Shown: positions 58,513 through 64,000 of the stretch, one piece after another
How the letters are laid out: every line of letters begins with the position of its first letter
Position numbering within the stretch: position 1 is the stretch's first letter
Notes under the pieces: generated by a model
What the model was told of the DNA's origin: nothing
Database searches by the model: none
Seen by the model: the letters and a program-made list of their open reading frames with translations, nothing else
Program-made: the position numbers and the translations under genes
NCBI GenBank assembly: GCA_963727805.1
Contig: CAVSHF010000005.1
Location: forward strand, 1,120,001 to 1,184,000
Source of the DNA: an uncultured Nitrospiraceae bacterium
GTDB lineage: Bacteria; Nitrospirota; Thermodesulfovibrionia; Thermodesulfovibrionales; Dissulfurispiraceae
DNA length: 64,000 nucleotides
Reading direction: 5' to 3'

Positions 58513-58548
58513 AAAAAAGGAGCATCGAATTAACGATGCTCCTTTTTT
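58513..58548. terminator. Bidirectional rho-independent terminator
   Basis: AAAAAAGGAGCATCG-AATTAA-CGATGCTCCTTTTTT. Confidence 0.9.
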
Positions 58549-58571
58549 GTGCCACAATCGGTGGCTATCCG

Positions 58572-58757
58572 CTACATTTCGGTTATCGTAATCGCTGATG
58601 TAGGACACATGCTGAGGCAGGTTTCGCAGAACACGCACTCGCCGGCCTGGTAGGGGTCGCTTTTGCCATCAGTAATCTTAAATACCATCTGCGGACAGCT
58701 GTTGACACACTCCTCACAACCATCACACTTAGCTGTATCGACTGCTACTAGGTACAT
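58572..58757 (-). CDS. 2[4Fe-4S] dicluster ferredoxin
   Basis: CDGCEECVNSCP and CVFCETCLSMCP; GGAGG RBS. Confidence 0.92.
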   Translation of the reverse strand: MYLVAVDTAKCDGCEECVNSCPQMVFKITDGKSDPYQAGECVFCETCLSMCPTSAITITEM

Positions 58758-58940
58758 GAACTTCACCTCCTTATATATACTTTCTCACACGAATAATCGT
58801 ATCAGATAATTCTTTTACTATAACAAATTACAAGCCTCTCATGTCAATGGGCTTCAGCATTACTGTTAGTCTTGCCAAACCAATAACAACCATTGGACTA
58901 GAGCGGGGAAAGCTTACCAAAATGTGCTCTGTAATTACCT

Positions 58941-58975
58941 AAAAGGGCAGTCCCTGATTAGAGGACTGCCCTTTT
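58941..58975 (-). terminator. Rho-independent terminator after dsrP
   Basis: AAAAGGGCAGTCC-CTGATTAGA-GGACTGCCCTTTT. Confidence 0.85.
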
Positions 58976-58994
58976 ACTAAGTATCTATTCTCGG

Positions 58995-60164
58995 TCAGTG
59001 AATCGCTTCGCCTCCGGATTCCTCCTTGACTGATATTGCGATTTTGTACAGCACTGTCAAGATTAGGAATCCTATTGACCAGACCCCAAGCGCAATCAGA
59101 AACTCAGGGGTAGTAGGCCAGTATTCCGTAATCCTTTCGAATGGGTTCGGAACAAATCCTCCCACGATCAGTCCAAACCCCTTGTCTATCCATAGCGAGA
59201 TAAAAACTGCCGCAGAAGCGAATGCCAGGACCATCTCATTGCGCCTGAGGAAGGGGAAGACCAGGATTCCGACCGCCACGACGGCGAGGAGCGTCGAAAT
59301 CCACATCAATGGGACAAGTTGATGATATCCATTGAGCCCCGCATACAAATAAATAAATGAATTCATATGGCCCGGGATGCCGCTGTAGAATGCGGTAAAG
59401 AATTCAAGACCAAGGAAGAAGCAACTAGTGATCATGAAATAGGTGACAATCTTACCAAGGGTCTGAATCGCCTCTTTCCCGGGGTCAAAATTCGAGTTTC
59501 TCCTAACGATCAACGCAAGGATTATAAGGAGCGCCGGGCCCGCAGCAAATGCCGAAGAGAGGAACCTGGCAGCCATAATGGCGGAGAGCCAGAAGTGCCT
59601 TCCCGGCAAGCCGGCGTAAAGAAACGCCGTTACCGTGTGGATAGAAGGCGCCCAAACTATCGAGAGGATCACGAAGGGCTTGACCCATTTCGGAGGCGCT
59701 ATCCCTTTGCGCTCGGCTCCCAGAGAAGTCCATCCCACAATGATATTCAGCACCAGATAGCCGGCTAGAACGCACATATCATAAAACATGACCGAATTAA
59801 AAGTCGGATGGAGTAGGACATTCAATACGCGAAGTGGCTGTCCCATGTCGACGAATATAAACAACATGCACATGATAACTGCCGGGATTGCCAGAAACTC
59901 GCCAAGTACAGTAATCTTGCCGAACGCCTTATAGTCGTGCAGATAAAAGGGCAGTACGACCATCACGCCAGAGGCAGCGACGCCGACGAGAAAGGTGAAT
60001 TGAGCTATGTAGAAACCCCATGATACGTCTCTACTCATCCCGGTGATGCCAAGGCCTACGGTGAATTGGTATATGTAACATGCGACCCCTATGCCAATGA
60101 ACACGAGAAGGGCAGTCACCCACGTCCAATATTTACTGCCTCCCTTCAGGGCTTTCTCAATCAT
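58995..60164 (-). CDS. dsrP: DsrP (NrfD/PsrC-family membrane subunit)
   Basis: GLGITGMSRDVSWGFYIAQFTFLVGVAAS, SIHTVTAFL, WIDKG. Confidence 0.95.
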   Translation of the reverse strand: MIEKALKGGSKYWTWVTALLVFIGIGVACYIYQFTVGLGITGMSRDVSWGFYIAQFTFLVGVAASGVMVVLPFYLHDYKAFGKITVLGEFLAIPAVIMCMLFIFVDMGQPLRVLNVLLHPTFNSVMFYDMCVLAGYLVLNIIVGWTSLGAERKGIAPPKWVKPFVILSIVWAPSIHTVTAFLYAGLPGRHFWLSAIMAARFLSSAFAAGPALLIILALIVRRNSNFDPGKEAIQTLGKIVTYFMITSCFFLGLEFFTAFYSGIPGHMNSFIYLYAGLNGYHQLVPLMWISTLLAVVAVGILVFPFLRRNEMVLAFASAAVFISLWIDKGFGLIVGGFVPNPFERITEYWPTTPEFLIALGVWSIGFLILTVLYKIAISVKEESGGEAIH

Positions 60165-60960
60165 GTTCCTTACCTCCTATGACATAGTAGACGCTCGGAT
60201 GGGTGCCGATTTCAGGCTTGCGCCTGATTGTAAAGCTTGCATCGAGTACCTTTCGGACGTCTGAATTCGGATCGTCTATGTCGCCAAAAGCAAGTGCACC
60301 ATTAGCAACCTCGACACAGGCCGGCTTAACACCCTTTGCGAGCCGCTCATAGCAGAAGGTGCATTTTTCGACCACACCTTTTGTTCTGGTGGGGAACTCA
60401 GGATTTAGTTCCCTCTTGATGGATGGCCGGGGGTCCCTGAAATTAAAGCTTCTCGCACCGTAAGGACATGCGGCCATGCAGAACCGGCAGCCGATGCAGC
60501 GATGCATGTCCATCATAACGATGCCGTCAGCCTTCCTCTTAAAAGTCGCCTTGGTCGGGCAGACTCTGACACAGGGAGGATTTTCGCAGTGGTTACAGAG
60601 GACAAGAAAAGGTAGCTCCTTATAATGGGGCGCAATAAATTCATCCTCATTGCCCGGGAAGGCGTGCTCATACGTCTCGGTCCATATCCATTTGATCTCT
60701 TCCTTGGTATTGCCGATATCAGGGACATTATGAACCTGATGGCAAGCGTCGATGCACTTTTGCACATCCGCATCAGACGCGAATTTGCTCATATCCACAG
60801 ACATGGCCCATCTTTTAGCTACAAGCCCCTTCGGGTCGATCATGTAGGGACTGGCAGCTTCCACTTCCTTTTTGACGGCGGCTGCAACAGTCGCCCCACT
60901 GAGCCCCATTACCGCGCCGAATCCAGCTATTTTAAGAAATTCTCTTCTATTGATGCTCAT
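60157..60960 (-). CDS. dsrO: DsrO periplasmic Fe-S protein
   Basis: Tat signal NRREFLK; CNHCENPPCVRVCP, CIGCRFCMAACP, CTFC. Confidence 0.95.
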   Translation of the reverse strand: MSINRREFLKIAGFGAVMGLSGATVAAAVKKEVEAASPYMIDPKGLVAKRWAMSVDMSKFASDADVQKCIDACHQVHNVPDIGNTKEEIKWIWTETYEHAFPGNEDEFIAPHYKELPFLVLCNHCENPPCVRVCPTKATFKRKADGIVMMDMHRCIGCRFCMAACPYGARSFNFRDPRPSIKRELNPEFPTRTKGVVEKCTFCYERLAKGVKPACVEVANGALAFGDIDDPNSDVRKVLDASFTIRRKPEIGTHPSVYYVIGGKEHD

Positions 60961-60963
60961 GGG

Positions 60964-61359
60964 TTACACTCCCTCCTTCGGCACGAGATGACAGTCCCAA
61001 CAGTAGGGTTTTACTGCCACATAATTGTGGCATTCGTCACAGAACTTTGATTTATTCGAGTGGCAATGCATGCAGGTATTCTGGAGGCTCATGTTATATG
61101 TTTTGCCGTCCTTCGCCGTGTACAACCGCTCACCTTCGCGGACCACTTCATCCCTCCAATTGTTGAGCATCTGCATATGGACAGTCGCCATATCATCTTT
61201 GCTTTCTACGCACTGTTTCTTTGCCATCTGGTTGATGACGGGAGTGTCGATGCTCGGCGAGGGTTTTGCCACTGCCTTTCCCAGGTTCAGCGTGAACGGA
61301 AGTGTTGCGATCACGATAAAGATAACCAGTCCAACTATGATCTTACCGCTGTCGTACAT
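60964..61359 (-). CDS. dsrJ: DsrJ triheme cytochrome c
   Basis: CVES..M...HM.ML..WRD.VVR; CMHCH, CDECH, CWDCH. Confidence 0.95.
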   Translation of the reverse strand: MYDSGKIIVGLVIFIVIATLPFTLNLGKAVAKPSPSIDTPVINQMAKKQCVESKDDMATVHMQMLNNWRDEVVREGERLYTAKDGKTYNMSLQNTCMHCHSNKSKFCDECHNYVAVKPYCWDCHLVPKEGV

Positions 61360-61360
61360 G

Positions 61361-62965
61361 CTATTCACCCCCCTTTCCGGGAAGAGGTTCGGCCCTTAGA
61401 TTCAGCTCTCTCTCTTTCTCTCCCTTCATTACAAGGGCATTGGCGACGAGTTCGTGGGTGCCAGCTACCCGGACGCCGGGTACCCAGTAGTCCATAAGAG
61501 GGGGCAGCGTCGCCCGATCGATGGCGCAGATATTAGCGAGCATATTCACTCCGTGTTTGTCGCGTACATGTTTTACCGCATTGGCCCTCGGAAACCCTCC
61601 CCGCATCCTCAATTCCATGTCTTCACTGGCATTAAGTCCAGAACCGCTGCCGCAGCAGAAGGTCTGTTCCCGAATCGTGTCCTCAGGCATCTCATGGAAG
61701 TGGTTACAGACGCTCTTTATAACATATCTGGGTTCCTCCATGAATCCCATGCCCCGTGCTGTATTGCAGGAATCGTGGTACGTTACGATCAAATCATCAT
61801 TCCTGGTCGGATCTAGTTTCAGTTTTCCATTTTTGATGAGGTCAGCCGTGAATTCGACGATGTGGACCATCTTGGTCGTTTTAGCATTGTCGAACTTCGT
61901 TCCCGTCATAGGAGAAACGGGCTGCTCGAGGAAATCGGCAGGACCGTTAAAGGTGTCCATGTACTGATGGAGGACCCGCCACATATGACCGCACTCACCG
62001 CCCAGTATCCATTTAACGCCAAGCCTCTTCGCTTCGGCATATATCTTGTAGTTCAGCCTCTTTGCCATCTCCATCGAGGTGAAGAAGCCGAAGTTTCCGC
62101 CCTCCGACGCATAAGTGCTCCAGGTGTAGTCGAGGCCGAGTTCGTGGAAGAGCATGAGGTATCCCATGGCAGTGTATGTGCCGGGATCGGCAAAAAGATC
62201 GCCTGAGGGGGTGACAAAGAGTATCTCAGCACCCTTCCTATTGAAGGTCGGCTCTATTTTGACGCCTGTAATGTCCTCAATATCACTCAGGAAGAATTCT
62301 ATGCTGTTCTTGATCGTATGGGGTTCGAGGCCGAGATGATTGCCTTTCATGTAGCAGTTCGCTGCGGGGCCGGTAATCCATCCGATATTAAGACCAAGAA
62401 GGTTCATGAGCTCGCGTCCCATCATTGTAATTTCTGCCTGATCAATGCCATAAGGGCAGAAGAGCGAGCAGCGACGGCACTCGGTGCACTGGAAGAAATA
62501 GTACCACCACTCCTTGAGCACGTCGACGGTAAGTTCTCTTGCGCCGGCGTACTTGCCGAAAATCTTTCCTGAAGGGGTGAAGTAATGCCGGTAAATAGAC
62601 CTCAATATCTCCGCCCTCACCACTGGCATGTTCCTTGAGTCGCCTGACCCGAGGTAAAAGTGGCACTTGTCGGCGCACGCGCCACACCTCACGCAGACAT
62701 CCATAAAGATATGGAAGGAGCGATATTTCTGGAGGCGTTCCTTGATGCCTTCGAGGACGGTATTTTTCCAATCATCGGGAAGCTTCCAGTCTTCTTCGGA
62801 TGGAGACCAATCCCTCGCATTGGGCAGTTCGAGCACTTTCAAGTCCTTGGCCTTTGCGCCATGGCAATACATGCCCGGCTTGATATCTACAGGGAACTGT
62901 GACCAGTGCTTCTTCGGCTTAAGATCTATCTTCGACAGCTGTTCTGGTTTCGGGATCTTTGCCAT
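61361..62965 (-). CDS. dsrK: DsrK (HdrD-like Fe-S catalytic subunit)
   Basis: CVRCGACADKC, CTECRRCSLFCP, GECGHMWR, HDSC, CCGSGSG, CAID. Confidence 0.96.
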   Translation of the reverse strand: MAKIPKPEQLSKIDLKPKKHWSQFPVDIKPGMYCHGAKAKDLKVLELPNARDWSPSEEDWKLPDDWKNTVLEGIKERLQKYRSFHIFMDVCVRCGACADKCHFYLGSGDSRNMPVVRAEILRSIYRHYFTPSGKIFGKYAGARELTVDVLKEWWYYFFQCTECRRCSLFCPYGIDQAEITMMGRELMNLLGLNIGWITGPAANCYMKGNHLGLEPHTIKNSIEFFLSDIEDITGVKIEPTFNRKGAEILFVTPSGDLFADPGTYTAMGYLMLFHELGLDYTWSTYASEGGNFGFFTSMEMAKRLNYKIYAEAKRLGVKWILGGECGHMWRVLHQYMDTFNGPADFLEQPVSPMTGTKFDNAKTTKMVHIVEFTADLIKNGKLKLDPTRNDDLIVTYHDSCNTARGMGFMEEPRYVIKSVCNHFHEMPEDTIREQTFCCGSGSGLNASEDMELRMRGGFPRANAVKHVRDKHGVNMLANICAIDRATLPPLMDYWVPGVRVAGTHELVANALVMKGEKERELNLRAEPLPGKGGE

Positions 62966-62967
62966 TG

Positions 62968-63957
62968 TTACTCCTTTTCTACTGGTAATCCAGCCTTTTT
63001 CATTTTATCCCTGAACTCGTCCTCATACTGCTCGTAGGTATGGACATGGACAGGGTAGTTCCACGGATTTATATGCCTGACCATACGGCTGTTATTCGCA
63101 AGGTTCCTCGTCGGACTCATAAACACACCCCCCAGATGCATAAGCTTGCTGAACGGGAAGTAGGCGAAAAACATGCTTACAAGAAAGAGGTGAATGTAGA
63201 AGATGACGCCGATCGACGCTGGGGCAATGGGATGGAAGCTTACCAGACCCATCGCTACCTGTTTGACGCCGACGATATCGACCCTGAGAAAGTACCTCAT
63301 AAGAATACCTGTAGCCCCAATGCTGAATATCAAGAGGAGCGGGAAGTAATCAGCCGGAAGAGAGATGAACCGTATCTGAGGCATGAATACTCTCCTGATG
63401 AAAAGAAAGGTTACTCCCACAAGAAGCGTAAGGTCTGTCAGATAGACCAACGGCACACCCACCTGGAAAAAGGCGTCGAGGGACTCCATGATTTTGATTG
63501 CCACAGGAACCTTAACCATGAAGAACCTGAAGTGCCGAATCAGCACAATCAGAAAAGACCAGTGGAATATGAGCCCGAAGAGCCAGAGATACTTTTCCGA
63601 ACCGTGAACAAGCTTTCCACTTTTCAACTCTGACTTCGTGTTCCTGAAGAGCGACCGGAAGAGAAGCACTTCGAGAAGCATCCTGCCGATAACCCATGAA
63701 GTCGTCGGAGGACTGTCGAGCTTATTCTGCTTTATCCAAGGGAAAGAATACCCCTGCCCGCCTGTGGTTGGGATATGGAACGGCACAGGCGAACGTCCCC
63801 ATTTTACGACCTTGTACACAAACCCAATGGTAAAGGTAAGAAAGGCCGCATAGGGAACAATGACCCCGATGAGGAAGTGGAGGTTTAGTCCTTTCACCCC
63901 GATAAAGGCCAGCACTATCAATGCTATGACCGCAGCAAAGGAAAACGCGATTCCCAT
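62968..63957 (-). CDS. dsrM: DsrM (NarI-like diheme b membrane subunit)
   Basis: PVPFHIPTTGGQ, FRSLFRN, FHWS..RH, YIHL, PFSKLMH, SPTRN, HINPWN. Confidence 0.96.
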   Translation of the reverse strand: MGIAFSFAAVIALIVLAFIGVKGLNLHFLIGVIVPYAAFLTFTIGFVYKVVKWGRSPVPFHIPTTGGQGYSFPWIKQNKLDSPPTTSWVIGRMLLEVLLFRSLFRNTKSELKSGKLVHGSEKYLWLFGLIFHWSFLIVLIRHFRFFMVKVPVAIKIMESLDAFFQVGVPLVYLTDLTLLVGVTFLFIRRVFMPQIRFISLPADYFPLLLIFSIGATGILMRYFLRVDIVGVKQVAMGLVSFHPIAPASIGVIFYIHLFLVSMFFAYFPFSKLMHLGGVFMSPTRNLANNSRMVRHINPWNYPVHVHTYEQYEDEFRDKMKKAGLPVEKE

Positions 63958-64000
63958 TTACTTTACCTCTTTCGTGACATTAATGTTTTAGTTCTTTACC

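Overview
A 64-kb window from an anaerobic bacterium with dissimilatory sulfur metabolism. Gene content and synteny (dsrMKJOP, DUF507 pair beside rpsR, NtrYX with DUF4390, Mtr-type cytochromes) suggest Nitrospirota/Thermodesulfovibrionia or a deltaproteobacterium-like lineage; this is inference, not a tested assignment. Bases 1 to about 25,800 look accessory. They hold an MtrB/MtrA(DmsE)-type porin-decaheme cytochrome pair with two SUMF1/FGE-like paralogs and a PhnD-like lipoprotein, plus several decayed elements (hemerythrin, sensor-kinase stub, IS3 end). They also hold a sigma54-driven nitrogen-scavenging cluster: a stand-alone NifA-like HTH, TorF-like porin, APC permease, PP2C-Ser/Thr kinase fusion, YnfA-like protein and AmtB with no glnK. 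A peroxidase/cytochrome c/CMD/radical-SAM block follows. From about 25,900 onward the content is mostly core: rpsF-ssb-rpsR with an S6:S18 leader, NtrBC, nadD, proA, hisI, NtrYX, der, a cobalamin operon interleaved with three non-cob genes, a plant-type thrC plus cystathionine gamma-synthase operon, a dsrH/E/F-like-tusA sulfur relay, and dsrMKJOP. The strongest candidates for undescribed biology are: (1) the kinase/phosphatase-containing Amt/APC nitrogen cluster headed by a lone NifA-type DNA-binding domain; (2) the DsrHEF-TusA operon converging on dsrMKJOP; (3) the plant-like O-phosphohomoserine branch-point operon. No rRNA, tRNA or CRISPR array was seen. All family calls come from motif recognition by eye, with no database searches.
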